Source: Deltaproteobacteria bacterium
Lineage (GTDB): Bacteria > Myxococcota > Kuafuiibacteriia > Kuafuiibacteriales > Kuafuiibacteriaceae
Assembly (NCBI GenBank): GCA_040218735.1
Contig: JAVJQW010000067.1
Location: forward strand, 32,001-96,000
Direction of reading: 5' to 3'
DNA: 64,000 nucleotides
Shown: piece after piece, positions 26,433 through 35,663 of the stretch
How the letters are laid out: each line of letters begins with the position of its first letter
How positions within the stretch are numbered: the first letter of the stretch is position 1
Notes under the pieces: model-generated
What the model was told of the DNA's origin: nothing
What the model saw: only the letters and a program-made list of their open reading frames with translations
The model's database searches: none
Program-made: the position numbers and the translations under genes

Positions 26433-27109
26433 GCCGAGGCCTCCCCGTCGATCGCCGCCTGAATCGAACGGAACACCCCGAGCCCATCCGTGAGCCGCAG
26501 CGCGTCCTCCGCCGCCCGCTCCGGGTGCGGCATCATTCCGAGCACGTTGCGCTCGGGGTTCACGATCCCCGCGATGTCCGCGGCCGATCCGTTCGGGTTG
26601 TCGCCTGCATACCGGAACACGACTCGTCCTTCGCGCTCGAGCGCGGCCACCGTGTCGGGTGGTGCGAAGTATCGCCCTTCGTGGTGCGCCACGGGGATCC
26701 GAATCGTGTCCCCCACGGCGTAGGCCGAAGAAAACGGCGTCGAAGCCTCCACGCGGAGCGACACCACCCGGCACACGAACTTGTGTGATGCGTTCTCCAG
26801 CATCGCGCCGGGCAACAGGTTCGCCTCGAGCAGCACCTGGAATCCGTTGCAGATCCCCAAGACGTAACCCCCGCGATCCGCGAAGGCCTTCACCGCCCCC
26901 ATGATCCGCGAGAACCGCGCCAGCGCGCCGCTGCGCAGCGCGTCACCGTACGAGAAGCCGCCGGGGAGCACCACGAGGTCCGTGCCCGCCGGGAGCTCGC
27001 TGGTCTCGTGCCAGACGAGCTCGGCGTGCGCACCGAGGACGTTCCGCACGACGTGCACGGCGTCCTCGTCACAGTTGGAGCCGGGGAACGTGACGACCGA
27101 GACTCTCAA
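26429..27109 (-). CDS. purQ: FGAM synthase glutaminase subunit PurQ
   Basis: [28 protein letters not shown]. Confidence 0.97.
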   Translation of the reverse strand: MRVSVVTFPGSNCDEDAVHVVRNVLGAHAELVWHETSELPAGTDLVVLPGGFSYGDALRSGALARFSRIMGAVKAFADRGGYVLGICNGFQVLLEANLLPGAMLENASHKFVCRVVSLRVEASTPFSSAYAVGDTIRIPVAHHEGRYFAPPDTVAALEREGRVVFRYAGDNPNGSAADIAGIVNPERNVLGMMPHPERAAEDALRLTDGLGVFRSIQAAIDGEASA

Positions 27110-27117
27110 GACAACCT

Positions 27118-27354
27118 CTAGAACTCGACTTCGAAGTCTTCGATGACCGTGTTGGCGAGGAGCTGCCGGCCCATCTCTTCGAGGTGCTTGCGCGCCTCGT
27201 CCTCGGGCATGTCGTCGAGCTCGACCTCGAGGACCTTCCCGATCCGGACACCCTTCACTTGGGAGAAACCGAGCTGGTTGAGACTGGTGGCCACCGCCTG
27301 CCCCGCGGGGTCGAGGACCCCCTGGCGCAGCGTCACGAGGACTTTGGCGTGCAT
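27118..27354 (-). CDS. purS: FGAM synthase subunit PurS
   Basis: VLDPAGQA, VRIGK, LLANTVIEDF; directly upstream of purQ. Confidence 0.95.
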   Translation of the reverse strand: MHAKVLVTLRQGVLDPAGQAVATSLNQLGFSQVKGVRIGKVLEVELDDMPEDEARKHLEEMGRQLLANTVIEDFEVEF

Positions 27355-27397
27355 GATCGACGCGCGGTTAGCAATCCCCGCCTAGAACAGTCAACTA

Positions 27398-28741
27398 TCA
27401 CCGGCCGAACGGGAGCCTTCCCGCGTGCCAACCGGCACGGTGACGCTGGTTTCGACCGAGCCAGTCGACGAGCCCGTGGAAGAGCGCCGAGCGGCCGCGC
27501 GCACCGGCGTGGGGGCTCATGCGGGCGCGGACGTGGTCGCGCGTCGACTCGGGAGGGACTGCACCGTCGAGGAGACGACCGTTGTGCACGACGTTCCGCC
27601 CGTCGACCCACACGCTCTTCACCAGATCCGATCCGCCGTGCTCGACGATCCGGCGCGCGACCTCCTCGTGCCCTTCGCCCTCCTCCGCCGTCACGTCCAC
27701 CAACAACAGATCCGCGCGGTGCCCGACCTCGATGCTCCCCACCCCGAGCCCCAACGCCTTGCCTCCGCCACGCGTCGCGATCTCCAACGCACGCGACGCC
27801 GGACGATCCGCCCGCCCCACGAGCAGCCGCCGCAACAGGCGCACCTCACGGAACAGATCGAACCCGCACCGCGTCGCTCCCGTCTCCGCGCCGAGCGCGA
27901 GGTTCACCTCCGCCGCCAGCAACGTCTCCAGCGGGGGCGACGGCGCGCCCGAGAGGATGTCGAACGACGGTGTCAGCACCACCGACGCCTCCGCCGACGC
28001 CAGGCGCTCCGCGTCGCGCTTCGCGGCGATCGCCGCGCCGTTCGCGTGCGCCAACACCACCCGCGTGTCGAACGCGTCCAACCGCTCGATCCGACGCACA
28101 CCGCCCCGATCCTGCGGGAGCATCCCGAGGTGCATCATCAGCGGCACCCGCGTGTGGTGCGCGGCGTCGACCGCGAGTCGAATCCCGCGACGCGTCGTGC
28201 GCTCCGCGTCGCCGCCCCACACCGCCGGCGCGAGGAACGTCCGCGCCTCGGCCTTGGCCTGCTCCTCCAACACGGCGATCTCCGCGCCCGCGTGCTGCGC
28301 CATGCCGTCGATCCCCAACACCAAGCGCGCCCCGAGGCGACTCGCCGCCTTGGTCAGGCTCGGTCCCGCCGACCCGTGGCCCGCCTGCGCGAACGTCGTG
28401 GTCCCGCTCATCAGCCCGAGGCCGAACGCGACGGACGCGCTCACGTCGAGCGCGTCGGCGTCCAACGCGGCTCGCCAGGCTGCGACCTGCGCGTGGTGAT
28501 AGACGTGCGGATCGAGATCCGGGACGAAGTGTTTGTCGAGCAGCGCCTGCTCGACGTGCACGTGGGCATCGACGAGGCCGGGCATGAGCACACCTTCGAC
28601 GTCGAAGATCTGCGTCTCCTGCGTGTCGAGCGTACCGCCCGCGGCGGCGATGACGCCGTCGTCGATCAGTACGTCGCTCTTCTTCAGCGTGCGCCGACCG
28701 TCGAGCGCCATGACGGTCGCGCCGCGCAAGATCACGCGCAC
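27398..28741 (-). CDS. Amidohydrolase superfamily protein (MtaD/GuaD/AtzA-like deaminase), divergent
   Basis: MPGLVDAHVH, SGTTT, LAHAN, ATRGGGKALG, GSIEVGHRADL, VWVDG; GTG start at 28741. Confidence 0.8.
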   Translation of the reverse strand: MRVILRGATVMALDGRRTLKKSDVLIDDGVIAAAGGTLDTQETQIFDVEGVLMPGLVDAHVHVEQALLDKHFVPDLDPHVYHHAQVAAWRAALDADALDVSASVAFGLGLMSGTTTFAQAGHGSAGPSLTKAASRLGARLVLGIDGMAQHAGAEIAVLEEQAKAEARTFLAPAVWGGDAERTTRRGIRLAVDAAHHTRVPLMMHLGMLPQDRGGVRRIERLDAFDTRVVLAHANGAAIAAKRDAERLASAEASVVLTPSFDILSGAPSPPLETLLAAEVNLALGAETGATRCGFDLFREVRLLRRLLVGRADRPASRALEIATRGGGKALGLGVGSIEVGHRADLLLVDVTAEEGEGHEEVARRIVEHGGSDLVKSVWVDGRNVVHNGRLLDGAVPPESTRDHVRARMSPHAGARGRSALFHGLVDWLGRNQRHRAGWHAGRLPFGR

Positions 28742-28752
28742 GGCACCGGGTT

Positions 28753-29736
28753 CTACCCCGAGCGTGGGCTCGAATACCAACGGCGAAGCACGTCCGCCGC
28801 CGGCTTCTTCCGTGGGGTGTAGTTGGTGTCCTCGGGGCCCCCGAACCCGAACCAGTTCCAAAAGTACGTGCCCTGTAGCGCCTCGACCCCGCTCCAGGCG
28901 CGGACGAAGGCCTCGTAGGCGCGTCGCTGCTCGTCGAGGTCCACGGGGGCCTTGCGCGTCTCGTTCCACGGCCAGGACGCTCCGCCGTCGAGGGACGGAT
29001 AACCCACTTCCGTGAACACGAACCGCCGACCGGTGCGCCGCGACCAATCCAGGAGCGCCGGTCGAATCGCGCTCCACGCGAAGACCAAATCGTTCACGGA
29101 CGGATCCGGATCCTTCGTGAGCTCCCAGTACGCGGTGAGCCCGACGACGTCGACCGCGTCCCAGAAACTCACCGGCTGGAAGTGATCCCAGTTCGCGCTG
29201 TAGAGCAGCTCGAGGTCCGGCGCGCGCATCCGCACGCGCTCGATCAGCTCCAGCCACCGCACGCGCATCGGCTCGCGGGTGAGCAGCTCGCTGCCGATGC
29301 AGAGCCGGTCCGCGCCCGCCTGTTTGGCGAGGGACAGCGCGTGGATCATGAACGCCGTGTAGCTCGACCACCACGCGTCCTCGTTCGTCGGCCGGATGCG
29401 GCCGCGCCACTCGTTGGCCTCGGACTTCACCAGGCGCACGATCGGGAACGCGGTGACGTGCAGCCCCGCGGCCTTCGCGCGTTTCAGGGTGTCGAGGATC
29501 TGTTCGTCGGTCGCGCTCCATCCGGCGACGCGGTGGATGTCGTTCGCGCGCACGTCGTCCTGCCACCACACCCAGGTGATCGACACGTGCGTCGCCCCGG
29601 TCTCGACGATCTCTTCGAGCAGCTCAGTGTAGCGGTAGTCGGGGTCCGCCGAGAACAAGCCGAGCGCGACGCCCTTTTCGGCCGGGGCTCCGGTCGACGC
29701 CAGCAGCGCGGCAGTGATGGCGACGGCGACGCTCAC
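28753..29736 (-). CDS. Glycoside hydrolase family 113-like secreted TIM-barrel protein
   Basis: WRGRI, IGSEL, YSANWD, FWDAVD.VG..AY, FTEVGYPS; GTG at 29736 overlaps the upstream stop. Confidence 0.8.
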   Translation of the reverse strand: MSVAVAITAALLASTGAPAEKGVALGLFSADPDYRYTELLEEIVETGATHVSITWVWWQDDVRANDIHRVAGWSATDEQILDTLKRAKAAGLHVTAFPIVRLVKSEANEWRGRIRPTNEDAWWSSYTAFMIHALSLAKQAGADRLCIGSELLTREPMRVRWLELIERVRMRAPDLELLYSANWDHFQPVSFWDAVDVVGLTAYWELTKDPDPSVNDLVFAWSAIRPALLDWSRRTGRRFVFTEVGYPSLDGGASWPWNETRKAPVDLDEQRRAYEAFVRAWSGVEALQGTYFWNWFGFGGPEDTNYTPRKKPAADVLRRWYSSPRSG

Positions 29737-31199
29737 GGTGCGAACAGGTGCACGTCCGAGACGCTCTTGAGCCAGGCGGTCGGCCCCTTCTTCGAGAGCG
29801 AGCGGCGAAACGACAGCAGCAGGGACGGCAGGTCGTACAGGCGGAGGTCGTCGAGCTCGCCGTCGAGGTCGCGGCCGACGAGCACGCCGACGCCGAATGG
29901 TCTGGCCTTCTCCAGCGCGGTCTTGGTCTCGGCGTCGAGGGGGCACGCCTTCGGGGTGCGTCGATCGGCGAGGATCGCGGTGATGCAGGGCATCGCGAAC
30001 GTATCGCGCTGGGCGTCGATGCGGCGCGTCGCGGTGACGCCCGCGAGCTCGAACATCCGGGTGACGAGGCGGCTCGCGCGCGGCGTCGAGGTGCGATCGA
30101 CGATGATGATGCGGGGCTTCGTCTTGGCGATCTTTCGCAGGATGTCCGACGCCGGGCGGACCCACTCGAGGAGCTCCGACTCGTCACCGCGCGCGACCCA
30201 CAGGACGACGGCGCCCTTGTCGAGCTCGGCGAGCGTCGAGGTCATCGATGTCAGGCCGGCGAGGCGCTTCGTGTCGAAGCCGGGATCGAGGGTGACGTCC
30301 GCCTTGTTGGCGGCGCCGAGGTTCTGCGTCTCGCGCGCCGCGCGGGCGCAGGCGTCTGAGGTGGGGATGCGGTCGGCGTCGTAGCAGAGGTTGTCGAGCG
30401 CGCGGTTGCGGATGGCCGCGATGAACGGCGCGACGGAGAGCCGTTGGTAGAGGCCGGCGGCTTCGAGGAGGGTCTTCTTCTGCGTGTCGCCCGACTCCCA
30501 GACGGCGCGCTCGCCGAGGAGGCGGGCGTGGGTGGCGAGTACGGCGGTCAGATCGATCACCGCCCACTTCGAGCTCGGCTCGACGGAGACGGTCTCGATC
30601 GCGTCGGCGAGCATCCCGGGGGTGTAGCCGTCGCTCGCGGCGCGGGCGCGCTGGGCCTGGATGTTGGCGGTCAGGGCGATGGCGTGGACCGAGCCGCCCT
30701 CCAGCGCGCGGCGCGCCGCCTTCTCCGCTTCGGCGAAGTCTTCGCGGGCGGCGAGGAGGCGTGCGCGGATCACGTCGAGGCGCGGCGACTGCACAAACGC
30801 CTCGGCGCCGGTGAGGAGCGCCAGCGCACCCTCGGGATCGCTGCGGAAGCAGGCGGTGGCGACGTGCTCGATCGTGTCGATCGCGAGCTGCGTCGGCAGG
30901 TAGTTCTCCTCGCTCGAAAACGAGGTCGACCACTTCGCGACCTCCAGGAACTCGTCGCGTTCCTTGGCGTCGACGCAGACCGGCCGGACGAGCGGGTAGA
31001 GCTTCGTCGCGCGGTTCGTCGACTCCGGCGGCTCCCTCAGGAGGTTCCGAATCTTGATGAACCGCGTGTCGTCGCGGGTCGGAGGGAGGTCGTAGCCGAT
31101 GATCCGCACCCCCGCGTCCGGCGCACCGCCCACGGGCGGCACCGGATCGGCCTTACACGCCACCGAGGCGACAAGGAGTGTGCCGAGGGCCCACTTCAT
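29733..31199 (-). CDS. Hypothetical lipoprotein, helical/TPR-like
   Basis: MKWALGTLLVASVAC lipobox; long ORF with GC-rich third positions; coupled to the GH113 gene. Confidence 0.65.
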   Translation of the reverse strand: MKWALGTLLVASVACKADPVPPVGGAPDAGVRIIGYDLPPTRDDTRFIKIRNLLREPPESTNRATKLYPLVRPVCVDAKERDEFLEVAKWSTSFSSEENYLPTQLAIDTIEHVATACFRSDPEGALALLTGAEAFVQSPRLDVIRARLLAAREDFAEAEKAARRALEGGSVHAIALTANIQAQRARAASDGYTPGMLADAIETVSVEPSSKWAVIDLTAVLATHARLLGERAVWESGDTQKKTLLEAAGLYQRLSVAPFIAAIRNRALDNLCYDADRIPTSDACARAARETQNLGAANKADVTLDPGFDTKRLAGLTSMTSTLAELDKGAVVLWVARGDESELLEWVRPASDILRKIAKTKPRIIIVDRTSTPRASRLVTRMFELAGVTATRRIDAQRDTFAMPCITAILADRRTPKACPLDAETKTALEKARPFGVGVLVGRDLDGELDDLRLYDLPSLLLSFRRSLSKKGPTAWLKSVSDVHLFAP

Positions 31200-31264
31200 C
31201 CCCCGAGCACACCCCGGTTCACGCCAGCGGGGCAACGCCTTTCAGCCCGCCCAAGGGCCGCGCC

Positions 31265-32008
31265 AGCAGAGGGCGCAGCCCGAAGCGCGCAGCGCGGCGC
31301 AGCCGCGCGAAGGGCCGCACGCGGTCGCCGTCAGCGCACGCAAGCGAAGGGCGAAGCCCGTAGCGCGCAGCGAGCCGAAGGCGACCATAACGCACCGCCG
31401 CTTCGCGGCCGTGCTTGGCACGGGCCTCGGACCGACCGCTTCGCGCTCGGCCTCACCCCCAGAGCGAAGAACTCCGGGCGGAGGCCGTCAGCAACTCCCG
31501 CAAGCGAAGGGCGCAGCCCGAAGCGCGCACCGCGGCGCAGCCGCGCGAAGGGCCGCAGGCCGACTTGTCGGCCAATAACGGCCAAGCCCGGGCAAGCGAA
31601 GCGCGCAGCGCGCCGAAGAACCGCAGGCGGTCGCCGTCAGCGCACCCGCAAGCGAAGGGCGAAGCCCGTAGCGCGCAGCGCGGCGCAGCCGCGCGAAGGG
31701 CCGCAGGCCGACTTGTCGGCCGATAACGGCCAAGTCCGGGCAAGCGAAGGGCGCAGCTCGAAGCGGGCAGCGCGGCGCAGCCGCGCGAAGGGCCGCAGGC
31801 CGACTTGTCGGCCGATAACGGCCAAGTCCGGGCAAGCGAAGGGCGAAGCCCGAAGCGCGCAGCGCGGCGCAGCCGCGCGAAGGGCCGCAGGCCAACTTGT
31901 TGGCCGATAACGGCCAAGTCCGGGCAAGCGAAGGGCGAAGCCCGAGCGCGCAGCGAGCCGAAGGCGAGCGAAGAGCCGCAGGACCAACTTGTTGGCCGTT
32001 AACGGCTA
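31265..32008. repeat. Non-coding 92-bp tandem array of palindromic REP/BIME-like units
   Basis: GCAAGCGAAG-led units start at 31500, 31648, 31740, 31832 and 31924, with partial copies near 31270, 31340 and 31592; each unit holds several hairpins. Confidence 0.9.
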
Positions 32009-32434
32009 GGTACGGACGACGTGGGGGACGAGGTCGGTCCGCCCGGCGCCGAGATCTTTCATCCCTCGCGCCGAACCTCCACTGCTACCTCTCTCCAGAG
32101 CGATGGACGGCGAGACCCGCCGTGCTGTTCGCTCTGGTCTTTGGCAACCATCGCAGCGCCCTCCCGAGCGCACGTTTTGCGGCACCAGGCCCGCGTCGGA
32201 GGTCCGCCTGCGGCCGCTGGGTTGTCCCGGAGGGCCCCGGGACAATCTGGCCGTCGCCGGCGTGCCTCGTCTCGCGTCCGTTCGTCACCACCACGTCGTC
32301 CGCACGGACAACCTCCGATCCGCCTAGACCCCGATCAAGGGCGTTTTTCGCGCAGCGATTTCGACGTTCTGCAAACGTTCGACAACGCTCGGGATCCGCG
32401 GCGTCCGTCGATTGTCCGTCGTCCTCCGTCCCCA

Positions 32435-32455
32435 GGATTCACAGATTCATCCACA
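32435..32455 (+). promoter_or_regulatory. Two adjacent DnaA-box-like sequences
   Basis: GGATTCACA (32435) and TCATCCACA (32447) versus consensus TTWTNCACA; also TGGTCCACA at 32608. Confidence 0.35.
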
Positions 32456-32499
32456 GGCGGTTCAGGCTCGCGCCCACCACGATCCCCAGCGGCCGGCCC

Positions 32500-32723
32500 G
32501 CAACACGTTGGCGCGCAAGCGATCCCCGCCGCCGCCGCCCGGAACACAACGCCATGACTCGGTTTGCGCGACACGCGGTCTGCAACACGTTGCTGCGCAG
32601 TGGGGTTTGGTCCACATGTCGCGCAACACGTTGGGCCGCAACGAAATCCAGATCCCAGGTTTCGCGAACCCTTGCGGCGCAACCTGAAGCGCTCCGCGTC
32701 GTGCGGAATTCGTTGCGCCCCAC
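32500..32723. promoter_or_regulatory. Phased array of GCAACACGTTG-N4-GCAA motifs with a 41-bp period
   Basis: Copies start at 32500, 32541 (degenerate), 32582, 32623, 32664 and 32705; three carry the exact GCAACACGTTG. Confidence 0.65.
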
Positions 32724-32798
32724 CAAGTTGTCGGTGCGAGTCGCACTCGTTTCGCAAAGCGGTTCATGGGGCTCGAAACATCCGCTAGATTCGGCCCG

Positions 32799-33629
32799 AT
32801 GGGACAAGCCGCCACCCAAGATCCCCCGGCACCGGTGACCTGCGCCGAGTGTTCGACGGAGAACCGATCCGGCGCGCGCTTCTGTAAAGCGTGCGGCGGA
32901 TCCATCGCGCCACCGCCCGCCTGCCCGAAGTGTCAGGCGGAGATCGTCGCCGACGCGAAGTTTTGTTCGGAGTGCGGCGCGAAGCTCGTCGGCGCGCGCC
33001 CCGCGCCGAAGCCGAGCGCGCCGCCCGCCGCTGCGCCGAAGCCCAAACCCAAGGCGTCGAAAGCGCCTCCCCCGCCACCGAAGAAGGTCACGCCGTCGTC
33101 GAACATCACGACGAACCTCCTCTTCTTCGCGGCGATCCTGATGGCGTTGGTCGTGGTCATCTACGTGATGAACAAGGACGAGCCCAAGACGATCAGCCCG
33201 TTCCAGGGCGGCCCCGCGCCGGGCGCCGCCACGAAGCCGCCGGACGCCACGCCGCCGCCGTCCACCGCAGCGGCCGCGCCGGCCGCTGCGCCGGTGAAAG
33301 GCCGTATTCAGCTGTCGGAAGCGCTCAAGAATGAGGGCGTAGGGACGATCTACCTGATCGTGCGGAACCAGGGCATGCCGAACCGCGGCCCGCCGATCGC
33401 GGTGCGCAAGATCGACGCGAGCGCGCTCCCCGTGGAGTTCACCGTCGGACCGCAAGACGTGATGATGCCGAACATGCCCTTCACCGGCCCCTTCGATCTG
33501 TACGCGCGCCTCGATCGCGACGGCAACGCGATGACGAAGGAGCCCGGCGACGTCATCAACGAACAACCCACGTCGGGCGTGAAGCCGGGCGACGCCAACG
33601 TCGAGATCGTCCTCGACAAACGTCTGTGA
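32799..33629 (+). CDS. Double zinc-ribbon, TM, CcmI/CycH C-terminal-like domain protein
   Basis: CAEC..ARFCKACG..CPKC..AKFCSECG; TM helix; PPIAVRK...LPVEF...DVMMP...ARLDRDGNA...PGD. Confidence 0.7.
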   Translation: MGQAATQDPPAPVTCAECSTENRSGARFCKACGGSIAPPPACPKCQAEIVADAKFCSECGAKLVGARPAPKPSAPPAAAPKPKPKASKAPPPPPKKVTPSSNITTNLLFFAAILMALVVVIYVMNKDEPKTISPFQGGPAPGAATKPPDATPPPSTAAAAPAAAPVKGRIQLSEALKNEGVGTIYLIVRNQGMPNRGPPIAVRKIDASALPVEFTVGPQDVMMPNMPFTGPFDLYARLDRDGNAMTKEPGDVINEQPTSGVKPGDANVEIVLDKRL

Positions 33630-33639
33630 GAGGAGCCGC

Positions 33640-35040
33640 TTGACCCAGCCCGATCCCGAAAAGCCGATCGAGACCGGAGACCTCGAGGCGCTGTCCGAGG
33701 ACGACCGGCACCTGATCGTGGAGCTGCTCCCGGACGGTCGCATGCGTGCGCCCGAGCAGGCGACGCGCGACATCCTGCGCGACCGCCTCCGCCGCGCGGA
33801 GGTGCTCCCCACGGGTCACGGCTGGGCGGTGCTCCGCGCGCTCGCGCCGTCGGAGGTGAGTGACACGCAGGCCCGCCGCGAAGTCGTCGCGGCCGGGACG
33901 ATGGACGAGTCCGGGCTGTCGGTGATCGACTTCATCGGCTTCCTCGCGTCGGGGTACCAAACCGGCGTGCTCGCGGTGTCGAACCACGAGACCGAGCGGG
34001 CGATCTACTTTCACAACGGGGACGTCGTGTGGGCCTCGTCCAGCTCGCCGGAGGATCGCCTCGGCGAGCTGCTCGTCACGCGCGGCAAGATCACGCGTGC
34101 GCAGCTCGACCAGGTGACCGAAGGCGGCGCACGGCGCATCGGCCAACGCCTCGTCGAGCTGGACTTCATCGCGGCCCACGACCTGTGGACGATGGTCCAA
34201 GCGCAGCTGCGCGAGATCTTCGATCGTCTCCTCGCGATGGACTCGGGCGTGTGGTCCTTCGCGCGCGTCTCCGAGGAGGTCCTCGCGGAGTCGCAGATCC
34301 ACATGTCCACGCAGGGCCTGTTGGTCGACGCGCTCCGGCGCCTCGACGAGCTGCAGGTCTATCGGCAGCGCGTCCGCTCGTGGGACGTCGTCATCGAGCG
34401 CAAGACGGTGGCGAGCGCGGCGGACGCCGGCGACACCAAGGAGAACCTCGAGCGCGTGACGAAGGAGCTGCGCACGGACGGCGCCGCGCTGTTGGCGCAC
34501 CTGCCTGCGAGCGCGTCGATTCGCACGCTGATGCGGCTCCTCGGCAAGAGTGAATTCGAAGTCACGCGCACGGTCTATCACCTGCTCCGCGCGAACCTCG
34601 TCGCGATCGTCGAGCACGAGACTGGCCCCATCCCCCGCCGCAACCCGGTCACGAGCAAGCAGGCGGCGGAGATCGTCGAGATCTACTCGATGGCGCTGCG
34701 CGAGATGTTCGAGGAGGTCGCTCGCATCCACCGCGCGGCGCTCCTGCACAAGACGGCGACGGAGTTCTTGCGGGACGAAGCGTCGGGCACCGAGTTCACG
34801 GCGTTCTACAAGACCGTGCAGCTCGGGACGGACGGGACGATCGACGCCGAGCGGATCCTCGAAGGCCTCGACGACGCCGACCTCGCGCCGCAGCAGCTCT
34901 CGGACGCACTCTCGGAGATGATGTTCTTCGTCCTGTTCCAGACCACCGAGGTCCTCGGGCGCCGCCGCGGTGACGACCTCGCGCGCCGCGTCAAGATGAT
35001 CCACGGCATGCTCACGAACGGACTGAGCGAAGCCGAATGA
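33640..35040 (+). CDS. DUF4388 (PATAN-like) domain protein
   Basis: AGTMDE..L..DFIGFL....TGVLAV, IYFHNGDVVWASS, DRLGELLV..GKIT, GVWSF, LLVDALRRLDE. Confidence 0.8.
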   Translation: MTQPDPEKPIETGDLEALSEDDRHLIVELLPDGRMRAPEQATRDILRDRLRRAEVLPTGHGWAVLRALAPSEVSDTQARREVVAAGTMDESGLSVIDFIGFLASGYQTGVLAVSNHETERAIYFHNGDVVWASSSSPEDRLGELLVTRGKITRAQLDQVTEGGARRIGQRLVELDFIAAHDLWTMVQAQLREIFDRLLAMDSGVWSFARVSEEVLAESQIHMSTQGLLVDALRRLDELQVYRQRVRSWDVVIERKTVASAADAGDTKENLERVTKELRTDGAALLAHLPASASIRTLMRLLGKSEFEVTRTVYHLLRANLVAIVEHETGPIPRRNPVTSKQAAEIVEIYSMALREMFEEVARIHRAALLHKTATEFLRDEASGTEFTAFYKTVQLGTDGTIDAERILEGLDDADLAPQQLSDALSEMMFFVLFQTTEVLGRRRGDDLARRVKMIHGMLTNGLSEAE

Positions 35041-35663
35041 ACCGACGCACGGCGACGCTCGCCCTCGCCCTCCTGGCCGTCGCCTGCAAGGAGGAGGCGA
35101 AGGCCCCCGAAACCGAACGCGACGCCGGCGCGCAGATCACCGCGCTCGACGCCCCGGACCTCGGCGTCCGTGTGCCACTGCTGTCGAGCTGGCGCGCTGT
35201 GACGACACCGGCGAGCGACGAGGAAGGCGCGAGGACCGTCGCGGCCGCGCGCCGCCTCCCCGAGAAGAAGCCTTTCCTCGCCGTCCCCCGCCTCGTGCTC
35301 ACGGTGCAGGAGACGGTGATGCAGGAGCCCGAGCCGGTCTTCCGGGACACCCTGCAGGAGCTGAAGTCGATCGGCACGCGCACGAACGTGCAGGTCATAC
35401 GGACGGCGTTGTCCAGCCGCCCGATCGCGGGCGGCACCATCGGGGACATCGAGATGGTCTACACGCTCCTGGGTCCGAAGCAGACCGCCAAGACGATCGT
35501 CCACCGATCGATCGTCGCTTTACGTACTCGCTCGGACGAAAGCCGTGCCATCGTCTCGGCCACGGCCACCTACCTCCAGAACGACCGCGAGTTGGTCGGG
35601 GCGGAGGTGCAGGTGATGTTGGACGGCTTCGAGCTGTACCCGCCGCAGAAGACGACACCATGA
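35037..35663 (+). CDS. Hypothetical lipoprotein
   Basis: Lipobox LAVAC; ATGA overlaps on both sides. Confidence 0.65.
   Translation: MNRRTATLALALLAVACKEEAKAPETERDAGAQITALDAPDLGVRVPLLSSWRAVTTPASDEEGARTVAAARRLPEKKPFLAVPRLVLTVQETVMQEPEPVFRDTLQELKSIGTRTNVQVIRTALSSRPIAGGTIGDIEMVYTLLGPKQTAKTIVHRSIVALRTRSDESRAIVSATATYLQNDRELVGAEVQVMLDGFELYPPQKTTP

Noticed and set aside
31415-31431. TTGGCACG as a sigma54 -24 element
   Set aside because: The -12 position reads TCGG rather than TTGC, and no gene start follows closely on that strand.
31265-32008. 92-bp array as a CRISPR array
   Set aside because: Units are near-identical over their whole length with no unique spacers, and there are no cas genes in the window.
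32334-32347. IHF-site-like GATCAAGGGCGTTT
   Set aside because: It mismatches WATCAANNNNTTR and has no upstream A-tract; too weak to call.
31331-32838. Overlapping short ORFs across the repeat and intergenic region
   Set aside because: The 92-bp period is not a multiple of 3, the same peptides recur in different frames, and there is no RBS or recognisable domain.
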